Assembly (NCBI GenBank): GCA_964016885.1 | Contig: OZ024740.1 | Coordinates: 326,554,001-326,618,000, forward strand | DNA: 64,000 nt | Reading direction: 5' to 3' | Source of the DNA: Eledone cirrhosa | Taxonomy: Eukaryota | Shown here: positions 1 to 11,551 of the stretch, in pieces | Layout of the letters: every line of letters starts with the position of its first letter | Position numbering within the stretch: position 1 is the stretch's first letter | Program-made: the position numbers and the translations under genes | The notes under the pieces: generated by a model | Database searches by the model: none | The model's input: the letters and a program-made list of their open reading frames with translations, nothing else | Told to the model about the DNA's origin: nothing

Positions 1-468
1 TTTGTATGTATATATATTTGTATATATATATATATATGTGTGTGTATGTGTATGTATATATATTTGTATATATATATATATGTGTGTGTGTATGTGTATG
101 TATGTATATGTATATATATATATATATTTGTATATGTATATATATATATATATTTGTATATGTATATATATATATATATATATTTGTGTATGTATATGTA
201 TATATATGTATATATATATGTATATATTTGTATATATATATGTATATATTTGTATGTATATATGTGTATATTTGTAGGTATATATATATGTATATATTTG
301 TATATATATATATGTATGTATATGTATATATTTGTATATGTATATATTTGTATATATGTATATGTATATATATATATGTATATATTTGTATATATATTTG
401 TATGTATATATGTATATATTTGTATGTATATATTTGTATATGTATATATATATATATGTATATATTTG

Positions 469-499
<31 letters not shown>

Positions 500-500
500 T

Positions 501-543
<43 letters not shown>

Positions 544-680
544 TTGTATATTTGTATATATATATATATATATGTATATATATGTATATATTTGTATATA
601 TATGTATATATTTGTATATATATATATATATGTATATATTTGTATATATATATGTATGTATATATATATATGTATATACA

Positions 681-727
<47 letters not shown>

Positions 728-760
728 ATGTATATATATGTACATGTATGTTTATGTATA
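1..760. repeat. Degenerate (TA)n/(TATG)n compound microsatellite
   Basis: Direct reading; the ORFs here are YI/CV low-complexity artefacts. Confidence 0.97.
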
Positions 761-1639
761 TCCTGTCCCTATTCTTTACATACAGTAAATGCTGATTAAA
801 TGCTGATTATGTAATCTAACTAGGGTTAAATGATTATGCAGATTTACAGCAAATGAAAAGATAAAAAAAAGCATTATGTGATGAAAGTCTGAGCTTGAGT
901 GTCACAGCATATCTATTTTACTCGATGGAAAACAAAACAAACTAAATATAAAAATATTATTATATTAGAAATGACCCTCCGAATGAAAGCTATTAGAAAA
1001 TGAGAAGGCAAAAAAAACTGTTACATCTGCTATATGTGGTTAAATGGCTGTGGACTAAACACTGGTTGCTTTCCAGAACCTTGCTTGATTAATGTAATCA
1101 TTTTATAGAAGTTATTTGAATGGATATATGAAGAAGAAAGAAAGAAAAAGCAAAAAAAACAAAACAACATAAAAAATACAACAAAACAATAAACGAAACA
1201 AATAAACAAATAATTGCTTAAAAATTGATTAAATAAATTTACAAATTTTGTTTGGATATTTTGCTCATTGTTGAATTTTTCATTTGAAGTTTTGGGTGTA
1301 CAGATTGCACTGGTTTAATAGGGTACCGAAAAACACATTTATGTCTTATCATCATCACTGTTTAACATCCATTTTCCATGCTATCATGGGTTAGATGAGT
1401 TGTCCCATTTGAGGCAAGTCAAATCAAGTGATCATGTCTTACTCATACAGAACTGCTTATGGCTTGGTTTATACGCCTGGATGCCTTTCCTAATGCCAAC
1501 CACATTTACAGTGTAGACTGGTTGCTTTTTGTTACTGGTACCATATTGCAGCCAACCAGGACCGAATCCCCTACCTCTTAATGGCTTTCATACTGTAAAG
1601 CGATTTGACAGAAGTATTAAAGAGTCATATGAAATGCGT

Positions 1640-1820
1640 TGTAGTATTTATTCGGGTTTCTTGAATTCTGAGTTCAAATCCTGCCAAGATCAACTTTGCC
1701 TTTTACCCTTATGAGGTTAATAAGGTTAAAATGCAATGTTCAGGTGGAGGCATTAGAGGATTGGATACCATGTAGTATTTGTTCTGGCTCTTTGTATTCT
1801 GAGTTCAAACTCACTATGGC
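1640..1820 (+). mobile_element. Two decayed copies of the abundant tRNA-derived SINE (ttctgagttcaaatcc...aactttgcctt core)
   Basis: Same core as the better-preserved copies at 15579 and 41827. Confidence 0.65.
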
Positions 1821-1874
1821 CTGTTTATATCGTCAACTTAGTTGTTTGGTTTAATACCACAACCTGGTTTTTGG

Positions 1875-2680
1875 ATCATCATCATCATTATCAGTTTACG
1901 TCCGTTGTTCCATGTTTGCATGGGTTGGATGGGTCTTTTTCAGCACAGCATCTCTCAACTCGTCACAATCCTTTGTCATCTTCACCATGAGCTTCAGCGA
2001 TTTGAGATCAGCTCTCACCCAGGTCTTCTTTGATCTTCTGTGATTGCGGTTTCCTTTCACTGAGATTTCTAGGCATGCTGATTATCATCCATGTACATCA
2101 CATGTCGATACCACCAGCTTCCTCTCTTACACACTATATCTGATTCATCTTATACTCATTTTCTCTCACAGTTCATCCATGCTTTGTTGTTCTTGCGTTT
2201 TAACATTGCACACGCATTGAAGCAAAGTTGCTTCATTTTTATCCAGCTTTCACATATCTACATTCATTGCCCATGCCTCACTACCATGCAGCTGTCATAC
2301 AGCCATCCTTTCATTCATGGAGAAACCTTTTGTTTTTAACAGAGGTCGCAGGTCCCTAAACTTCTTCTATCCTATCCTTATTTTAGCTACTATGCTCTTG
2401 GCGCATCCTGCTCTATTGCTAATTATATTACCTAGGTAGCAGAAGCTATCAACTACTTTTATGGATCTTTCCTGTGATTAAAAAAGGTTTATATTATTGG
2501 CACTCTTACTATTAATTGATCCTGAATATCTACTACATAAAAGTCTTCCTTTCCTGTGAGTCTGCCTGTTATCCCACTACATCCCTTATGTGCCTCAAAT
2601 TTGCATTGTGTACATTGTATAGAGTTTATGCCTACTTCTTTTCTATATATCAAGCAAGGCCACTTGCCTGATGGGAGTTT
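1875..2680 (-). mobile_element. RTE-clade LINE 3' remnant
   Basis: Minus strand reads PSGKWPCLIYRKEVGINSIQCTQCK and VVDSFCYLG, typical of the RTE RT C-terminal region; (CAT)n tail at 1875. Confidence 0.75.
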
Positions 2681-2780
2681 TTAGTAAAGCCCACTTTATT
2701 GTAAGCAATTGAGCCAGGTCTTTGTTTTGAGGATTTTTTTTTTCCCTCCCTTCCTCTCATCAATATTAAAATCCCCTTAA

Positions 2781-2980
2781 CCCTTTAGCATTTACATTAC
2801 TCTATATTTACAATTGATTTCACAGATAATTATCTCATTATATCGAATCTATGAGATTTTGATATTATTTATTTTGAGAACACTACCTCAACATTAGTAT
2901 GAGCAGCTGATCATGGCCAGTTTGAACAGAAAGAGGTGAGAGAATTGTGATTGGATACAGCCAGTTTAAATGCTAAAAGT
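2781..2980. mobile_element. piggyBac-like MITE
   Basis: TTAA|CCCTTTAGCATTTA ... TAAATGCTAAAAGT|TTAA terminal inverted repeats with TTAA flanks. Confidence 0.7.
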
Positions 2981-3849
2981 TTAAATAGGCAGTGGGGCTA
3001 CTGCTTGGACATGGCTACCTGGCTTGATTCATTGCAACAGAGTGTCTTTGCTAAATGCATCAATGGGCCAGGTAGTAATGTTAAACTGGGTGACAGATTA
3101 AGTCTTCCCCCACCCACTTTCACACACAAAGTAGAAATAAAAAATAATCTTTGGCACATGAGTTTATATTTATAAATGATTAAAACAACTTTCTTGGTGA
3201 TTATTTTACTGTTTGATTATTAAAGTATAAAATAATCATCAGAAAATTCATTCTAATCATTTTCAAATATATATATATATATATATATAATGCCTAACCC
3301 TTGCTAGCTGGGAAAATGGATGTTACGTAATATATATATTAATCTACAGAAGCACAGCCCAGCAACTTGGTAAGTAGAAATGTAAGGTCAATTTATGAAC
3401 ATATGTTTTTAGTAAACACATTTAGCTTTGCTATGAAAAGTAGACATCATGGTTATACCACAAGCTTTTTTCTTTCTGTTCCTGGAAAAAGACATTGACC
3501 CAATTAGTTTCAGAATGTATTAATGCTACATCAAAGATTGGTCAACAATTCTTATTCACAGAAACATTAGTAGTTGAGAGCTATTTATAGTGTGTGCAAA
3601 ATCGGACATAACTAAATTGGTCTGTCTAATTTAAATAACTGTACAAATCTATTAACTGTTTTGGTACCAACCCTGCCAAAACCACACATTTTAAAGGGTG
3701 CCTATTTGAATTAAAATTTTCCAACATAATTTATATAAGAAGCATTTTATTGTTACTATCATAGTAATGAAATAATTACATTTTAGTAAGTCCCTGACAA
3801 TTCTTCATTAATTAAAATAGAATGTCTTACATTAAAAATACACTCTGCT

Positions 3850-4110
3850 TCTTGGGCGAGGTTGATAGGATCGAGAATACATTGCCTTGGAAGATGGCGA
3901 GGGACAACAGCTATTCCACTTTGCAGAGCTCACACCTATAGGCAACCAACTCTGCTCTGATAGCAATAAGAAGGGATGTTGTCCGGGAGCCAAGAATACT
4001 GGAAGTCTTCACTATTACAGGCTCTACCACATACCTATCAGAGAGCAGCCAATACTTGGACAGTTTACCCTCTTCGAGCTAGGCAGAGGGACGAATTATA
4101 GGAGGTTGCT
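3850..4110 (-). mobile_element. Decayed RLE-type (CRE-like) non-LTR C-terminal fragment
   Basis: LSLAIFQGNVFSI on minus; DNA homology to 45865-45950. Confidence 0.5.
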
Positions 4111-5089
4111 ATGAAAACGGTAAACATACGCTATTAACCAGCGACTGTTTTTAGATAGTAGTCCAATATGCCATTGACAAGGCCCAAGGCCAAAATTTAT
4201 GGGAATGGAGCAGTCGATTATATCAATTCTTGTACTTGACCAGTTCTTATTGTATTGGTCCTGAAAGGGTGGAAACTAAAGTAATCTCATCAGATCTTGC
4301 ACTCAGAAGGTAAGGAGCTATAATTGTCACAAAGTTATTTGTCTAACAATTCTGCCAATTTATTGTCTTAGCTCTTTCTAATAATAATAATATTGATTTC
4401 AACACACTCACAAGGCATCAAATTCAGGAGAGAGTATAGTTGATTATATTAACCCTAGTATTATTATGACACTTTACTTTATTGATTCTGAAAGATTAAA
4501 GCAATCAAACCTTTGAAAAGAAGACCAAAACTGACTGCTCTGAGAACAACAACCTACACAGCAAGGAGGTAAATGATTGTGGGAGGGGCAAATAGCTTGG
4601 TTTGTATTATCTTTTCTCTGAGCTTCATGTATACATATCAGACTTGTTTGTTGATGTCTTGGTAGATGGTAGAATTTCAGCATCTGTGAAATGGGTAGTG
4701 ATAGTGCTGCCGAAAAAGGATGTGAACAAAGGATATTATTGATAATTTCCAGTCAATAATTCTGCTGAATGCTAAGTTTAATATTTTAGTCAAGGTGTTA
4801 CCAAAGAGGTTGGTACTTGTCAGTAGCGAGGTTAGAAAATCACAAACCTGCAGAATCTCACCAGATCCATCCAAGAAAACTTCCACCTCATATAATGCAT
4901 TATAGAGAAGTTGGGTAACAAAACTAGCTTTGATGTGCTCTGGTCAATTTCGATCAATTGAAAGGATTGATCAATGTTACTTTGCAGTTATTCTCAAAGT
5001 AGCCAGTCTGCGGATGATGTTACCATAATGTTGGCAGATAACGTAGAGGTTTGAGTTGGTTAGCCCTGTGCCAAGGCAATTCAAGGAAT

Positions 5090-5595
5090 ATCACATGTTG
5101 GACAGATCTGAGTCCATAGCAAAGATAGCCTTATTGACTTTCTTCCACTAAGAAGGACAAGTGTTTGGTGGTATAGAAAAAGAGGTCATATGGTGGACAA
5201 AAATGGACTGAAAACCGATCCGTTTCACCTAAGTCTTTATTGACTCATTCAAGTTCCAACATATTCAAGAGAAAGTTGAGGGTAAAAAAGATGCTGCTTT
5301 AGTAAATTTGTTGAAAAGTGGGTGAGAGTGGTGAGCATGCTTTGAGTGAAAAGAACTACTTCTAGCATGGAACAGTAGATTTGAGAATTACAGATAGGAA
5401 AGAGTGCTTGAGTTTGATATCAGGTTTGTTGAGTGTAACTAGATGGTACTCCTCCTCTTGGGACTTCAGCAGATATATTTTGTATATTATGTGTCATCTT
5501 TTTTTATTCTTCATCCAGTTTATATGTAAACACCTTTTTTTGTAACCTGACCCTGCATTGTCCCTTCATCTGTTGCTCTTGTGGCAATAATAAGG
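5090..5595 (+). mobile_element. Old 3' fragment of the same Tx1 family as 21.8-35 kb
   Basis: Aligns by eye to 34510-35058 (gagtccatag, aaagaggtcatatggtggac, tgtaaac..ttgtccc..cttgtggcaataa). Confidence 0.7.
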
Positions 5596-5599
5596 GAAA

Positions 5600-6810
5600 A
5601 ATTCCACCCAAGTTAACTTTGACTTTCATCTTTCCAGACTCAATAAAATAAGTACCAGTAAGGTAATGGGGTCATTTAATCGATATCCTCTCCACCCACT
5701 AAAATTACTGACCTTCTTCTTAAATTAGAAACCACCATTATCATTAGAGTGGTAGATTTGCGGCAGAATTATAGTGTCGAAAAAATAACTTGCGGTATTT
5801 GTTCTGGCTTTTTATGTTTTGAGTTCAAATCCCAGCGAAGTCAACTTTCTCCTTTATCTTTCTGGGTTCGATAAAATCAACTGTTTCTTCCTCACTTAAA
5901 ATTCCTAACCTTATACCTATGTTAGAAACCCTTATTTATTTATTGATTAGCAGAATCGTTAGAGGATCAAACAAAATGTCCTGTGATATTTATTCTTGAC
6001 ATTCTGAGTTCAAATCCCACCAAAGTCAAGTTTACTTTTCATTATTTTGGGGCCGATAAAATAAAGTGCCGGTAAAGTAATGGGGTCAATATAATCACTT
6101 GCCCTTGTGTCTAAATTAGAAACCATTATTATCAATATCAATGATATTTTTAATTAAAAAAGATATCAATATGTTCTAATTCTGTTTTATCTCTTATTGT
6201 TTGTTTTCATTAAGATTTTATTAGTGTAATTAAGTTAAAATTATAAAGTTGATTAATATTTAAACAATTGTGAATTCACTGCCAATTGTTTAGTCACAGC
6301 CAACTGAGTAAAATAGAATTATACTCAAGGTGAACTGAATGCTAACGATTACAGTTTCTGTAATCTCGTGAAATGAAATATAAAGTAATCTTGTGTTGTT
6401 ATTTAACAGGCCTATGATCAAAGACCTACCCACGTCGTTTTTGTTTATCTAGGAGTGCGTTTTTCAATATGCATTTACTTAATTAATTGTTTCTACTTTT
6501 GGCACAAGGCCAGCAATTACCCAGTACATTACTGGTACTTTATTTTATCGACCCTGTAAGGATGAAAGGCAAAGTTAACCTCGGCGGCTTTTGAACTCAG
6601 ACCATACTTAATTTACTTAATTAATGATTTCTGATCTAGGTACAAAGCCAACAATATTTGTGGGAGAGGAAAGTTGACTAAATCGATCCCAGTGCATTAC
6701 TGGTGCTTTATTTTATCGACCTCGTAAGGATGACGTGCAAAGCTAACCTCGGTGAGATTTGAACTTAGAACGCAAAGGGCCGTAACTCTATGCCACGAAA
6801 CGTAATTAAT
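5600..6810. mobile_element. Cluster of SINE copies (+ at 5600-6130, - at 6490-6810)
   Basis: Repeated gagttcaaatccc/aactttgcctttcatc/gataaaataaagtacc/ttagaaacc motifs. Confidence 0.75.
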
Positions 6811-6848
6811 TAATCAATCAATTAATCAATTAATTAATCAATTATTTA

Positions 6849-7011
6849 CCGTATTTCCCGGCGTCGAAGACGCTACTTTTTTCCCTAAAATAAGTCTAAA
6901 AAATCTACCATACGTCCTGGAGGCCGAAGGTTTATGTTTTTTCAAATTTTTGGACGTCAAAATTAGGGTGCGTCCTCGAGGACGAAGCGTCTTCGGCGCC
7001 TGGAAATACGG
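6849..7011. mobile_element. pogo/Tigger-like MITE
   Basis: TA|CCGTATTTCCCGGCGTCGAAGACGC ... GCGTCTTCGGCGCCTGGAAATACGG|TA; TA target duplication. Confidence 0.85.
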
Positions 7012-7027
7012 TAATTAATTAATTAAT

Positions 7028-7320
7028 GGAACTCCGTCGGTTTCGACGATGAACGCCCCATTAACTGAACAACCTGCCCACAAAGGTAACATGCAAGTGG
7101 CTGAACATTCTACAGACACGTGCACCCTTAAAGTAATTTTCAGGGCGAATGTGTGTAACAAGACTGGCTCATTGAATTACAGGTACGGTTCATCTGACGG
7201 GCTTCCAAACAATTTCCGTCTACCCAATTTCCCTCACAAGTCTTGAGTCGACCTGGGGCTATTGTAAATGACACTTGCTGAAGATGTCACACGATCTTCC
7301 TAACCATTTAGCCATACTGT
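7028..7320 (-). mobile_element. tRNA-head SINE (second family)
   Basis: Minus strand begins ggctaaatggttagg..gcaagtgtc..atagccccaggtcgac; related copy at 8730-8880 (+). Confidence 0.6.
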
Positions 7321-7446
7321 GTCCACGCTTTTATTTAATACGAGAGTGTGATGAGGGAAATTTTGCTATTATTTCTAACGAGTAGCAGATTCAAATATTT
7401 TACTTTTGCGACTCCTTTCAGCAAAATAATAATTTTCTACATCGCT

Positions 7447-7555
7447 TTGATGACATTCTAAAAGCTATGACAGAGGGCTCCAACACTGATGTCATATACC
7501 TTGATTTTAGCAAGGCCTTTGATAGGGTTGATCACAACATCCTGTTGAAAAAAAC
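7447..7555 (+). mobile_element. CR1-type LINE RT fragment
   Basis: Translates [36 protein letters not shown]; first 40 bp nearly identical to 21580-21619. Confidence 0.85.
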
Positions 7556-7929
7556 CATCCATAATTTGACACACTAACAACTCAGTCAATGCGCCGCCTA
7601 TATAACCTAGAAACGCTGAAAGGGCGTCCACGGAGTAATTAGCACATATAGTTCATATAAAATCAAATAATAATAATCTTCCTCCCACACTTCTCTAAAT
7701 ATTTAATTGAACCTCTAATGAGTTAGTACCAAGGATATACAGTCATGTTGAAACTGTTGTCTATGACTATTAAGAGAATAAATATCATAGCTTAAACCTA
7801 ATTAAATTAATAACTCCTAGAAATATGTCTCTCTTTTACGAAGAAACTAATCAACAACTCTTATGATAAATGAACTTATATATAAAAAAATAAAACAAAA
7901 CAAAACAGTATATATATATGCATTCACGT

Positions 7930-7963
<34 letters not shown>

Positions 7964-8878
7964 GACTTATTGTATAATTGCCTAATATTTTTTCTGTCAT
8001 GAGCATTCGTGTCATCACACACAAGTCCATGAAACCATCACACTATCGGCTAACCTGCTATATATAGTAACCAAACCAAATCATCTTCTAATTACAGCCT
8101 GCTATCTTTAAAAGAGGAAGCACATATAACATGTAATTTCGAAAACACCATATTTGACTTAAAAACAACGACAACAAAACCCTATATGGCATGGTCTTAC
8201 TGGAATACTTTTCAGACCTGTCATCTCTCTGGGGTGGGTGGGAGATATCTTCTCTTGTGAAAATGGGTACAGCTTTCATTATGTAAAAATCTCCCCATTT
8301 TGCCTCATGGTACTCCCTGTTTGGGATTTTAGAGGTTGGCAGGTCTGACTTTTGATAATAGGTCTGCCAGATCAATTCCAACCCGGGGAATAAACAACAT
8401 CATAGAAGGATAAGTTGGATATGTAGCAGCCATAACTCGAATACTTTTGGTCATAACTCGAATACTTTTAAACATAGGTCTGTTTCATCAGGTCTGATCT
8501 AAGATGAAGCAATAAGGGTTTCAGATTTAAGTTCAAGGTCAGCAATTGTGGAGGGCCAGTAATAAGTAGTAGAAGGTGTTATTAAATAAATGGTATAAAT
8601 CGTATATAAAAAAGAATTTCGCCAACCCTGACTAGATCATACAGGAAACACATCGTTAACAGTAAATAGAATGCGTTATAAAAAATAGTGAGGATATTTT
8701 CTCTTCCAATTAGAATTCATTTTCTATATCATAGGCGTTTGATCAAGTAGTTCGCTCTGCAATAACAGTTTACGTGTTCGATCTCACTGCATGACACCTG
8801 GAGCAAATAGTTTCTTTTACCATAGTATCGGGTTGACGAATGACTTGTAAGGAAAATTTACTATACAGAAGCACATTA

Positions 8879-8990
<112 letters not shown>

Positions 8991-9023
8991 AATATATATA
9001 GTAATATAAGAACCGTAGAGCAA

Positions 9024-9208
9024 ATATTTATTAAAATAACAGATTAAAGAATCGCTGCTTTCACCCTTAACGGCAATTGTCTTCCTCCGGTTGCAACGTC
9101 TTTTGAAATATTCACTTCTGCGTTCACAGATTGACTTTGTTAGTTTCAGAAGATCCCGTTAAGGGTGAAAGTAGCGATTCTTTGCTTAAACTTTAATCTG
9201 TTATTTTA

Positions 9209-9215
<7 letters not shown>
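9024..9215. mobile_element. Inverted pair of PLE 3'-terminal fragments (family of 56905-58551)
   Basis: 9024-9073 is inverted relative to 9156-9215; matches 56905-57045; TA-rich flanks. Confidence 0.75.
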
Positions 9216-9260
<45 letters not shown>

Positions 9261-9262
<2 letters not shown>

Positions 9263-9321
9263 AGGGCGGTGCCCCAGCATGGCCTCAGCCGGATGGCTGA
9301 AACAGGTAAAAGAGTAAAAGA

Positions 9322-9323
<2 letters not shown>
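9261..9323 (+). mobile_element. SINE 3' end
   Basis: gggcggtgccccagcatggcc..ggctgaaacaggtaaaagagtaaaagag tail between (TA)n. Confidence 0.65.
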
Positions 9324-9364
<41 letters not shown>

Positions 9365-9863
9365 CATATATAACGGCGGCGAAGATTCGAAACCGAATCT
9401 GAGCTTTCCCGCCTCTGGGACAAGCCGTGGTTAGTTGTTTACGCTCGGCAGACCAACCCCTTGGGAGATGATATCCATCCTTCTAACTTCAACGAAGTTA
9501 TAAATACAAGGATTTATTTATGCCCAGAGAGAAAAAGTGAGACCACAGATAAGAGAGGACGTACTTCACCAACGCTGTCAATACTTCCTTCACTAAAAAC
9601 AGTCTGTCCACTAATTTCTCACACGCCATTCCCGCCTGGCTGATTGAATACTACCAACTGCTAAAACAAGAACGTTACTAATACGCACACACACACACAT
9701 AGTAAGTTCACGCTGTTTGCATTTTACATTCACCATTACTGTCTGTCATATTGTATCTTTCAGATACAATACAAATTATATTATAATCGTATTCTGTGAT
9801 ACTTGTATTTACGTGGCTCGAAGAGCCACCAACTCATTGTACGAATATTTCATGTTATATATT

Positions 9864-10316
9864 TTTAGGAGATTAGTATCGGTGTACATATATGCATTAT
9901 CAGAAATGACAATAAATGCCGGTGTGTGTTGTGACAAGGTTTTACTTCACAGAAGTCATGGATTAATAAAAATAATTGGTTACCCGTTGGTCACAACTCC
10001 TATGGTTCAGGTGTGTGGAGAAGAACAGAGTTCTTCTCTTGGAGGTGTTAACATCTTCTTAGGCTGCCGGTGGCATTCTTCTTGAGTGGCGAAGGAAATG
10101 AGAGAGGAGTCATCTCATGACAAGGTCGCAAGTGTTGTTAACACTTTGGGATTCAGGAGGCGAGAGAGAGAGATCGCCCTGACCTGTCCCTTTCATAGGG
10201 TCCGGACGGAAGTAACAAAAAGGGTTCTGCCACCCCAACGGGAAGTAACTCCAGCTACTTCCTGTCTAGAGAGCGGTGATGTGATTGTCATAACAAGGGA
10301 GGCAACTCTTGCTACA
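9864..10316 (-). repeat. 3' LTR
   Basis: Direct repeat of 16078-16528; minus strand starts TGTAGC, preceded by the PPT-like AAAATCTGGCGGGAGATAA (10317-10335). Confidence 0.93.
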
Positions 10317-11551
10317 TTATCTCCCGCCAGATTTTTAAAATATAAAAATCGAATGAAACATGTATGGAGTAAGATGGCGAGCATGTAACAGGCATGAAAA
10401 TTACGAAAAAAATAATGTTTGCAATAAAAGGAAAACAGCAAAATATATGCATGCAAAAATCAATGATAGATATCAAGGTAGCCAACCGCTCTTGGCCAGA
10501 GAACTATCTATCCATCACTCAAAGATACAATGTAATCAAAGTAAAAGAAGAGGTCAAAGTTCAAATGTTCAAAATACAGTTCATAAGTATGCAATCACAC
10601 GGCAGCAGGAAAGAAAGTGTGTTCCAGAGAATGAATGCAGGTGGTTTCTGGTATAACGTGAAATTTCCAACCTCCGAAGGGATTTTCTCACAGGGAGAGT
10701 GCTGCAAAAATAAATTCTCTGGCTTGTTCTGCTGGTTTTGGTTGTTGTTGAAGCTGTGTTGCTGTTGATGTTGTTGTCTCGCGGAGTAAGCGTATTCGAT
10801 GTTTAAATTCACAGTAAAAATTTTCCCAGAAAAAATGAGTTGCGCAAAATGCTAGAAATAACAGCCGAAGTTGATGGTCGATGTTGAGAATGCGTTGACC
10901 TGGAAGGGTCAAGAGGCCAGCGACCAAAGAAATAAGCATTCTGAATAAATGCGCAGTTTTCAACGGCAAATTTACGTGGTAAATTTTTAAACCGGCAAAT
11001 AGGAGAATATAGCTTAAGGCTGGAGAATCCTTGGCGAGAAACATTATCCATGGCGTGTGGTATCTCAGTGAGTCGAGATGTGTGCTGCCTACACGTGCCT
11101 AAACAAGGTTAAGTTGAAAAAAGAAAAAAAATTTCTATTGCGCGAGAAAATGGCGCGAAAATGATAGTGCAACAGGTCGTTGGCAGCCATTTTGAAAATT
11201 TTGTGTGTGAACGTGATAATATGATGAAAAAGAAAGAAAGGCTTCACTTGGTATAACAAATATGGCGAGTTCAACTTTTTTGTGAACGATGAAAAATGCT
11301 TGGCGGAAAGAATAAGCAATAGTTGAGATTCAGCGAAAATAAGAGTTCATGTTGAAATGTGTAAAAAAAAAAAAAAAAAAATCAAATTTTTATTTTTTTA
11401 TTTTTATTTTTTTTTTTAAATGTTCGTTGTAAGAAGAAACGAAAAACACATATATATACATCCAGTGAAATGGTAATGAGAGGTACATAGTAATACAATA
11501 AAAAAAAAATAAAAATAATAAAAAAAAAATAATAAGGCTCCAGTGACCAGT

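Noticed and set aside
1-799. Long YIYI/CVCV ORFs (also at 19.5-20.2, 37, 46, 48.7-49.8 and 62.1 kb)
   Set aside because: Stop-free translations of microsatellites, not genes
3200-3246. Minus-strand CTGATGA with hairpin
   Set aside because: No GAAA core (CAAAC); likely chance in AT-rich DNA
4500-5085. Possible minus-strand LINE remnant
   Set aside because: No diagnostic motif could be read with confidence
9372-9720. GC-richer segment with ggtttcgaatc B-box-like motif
   Set aside because: No A box, fold or second copy in the window to support an RNA gene
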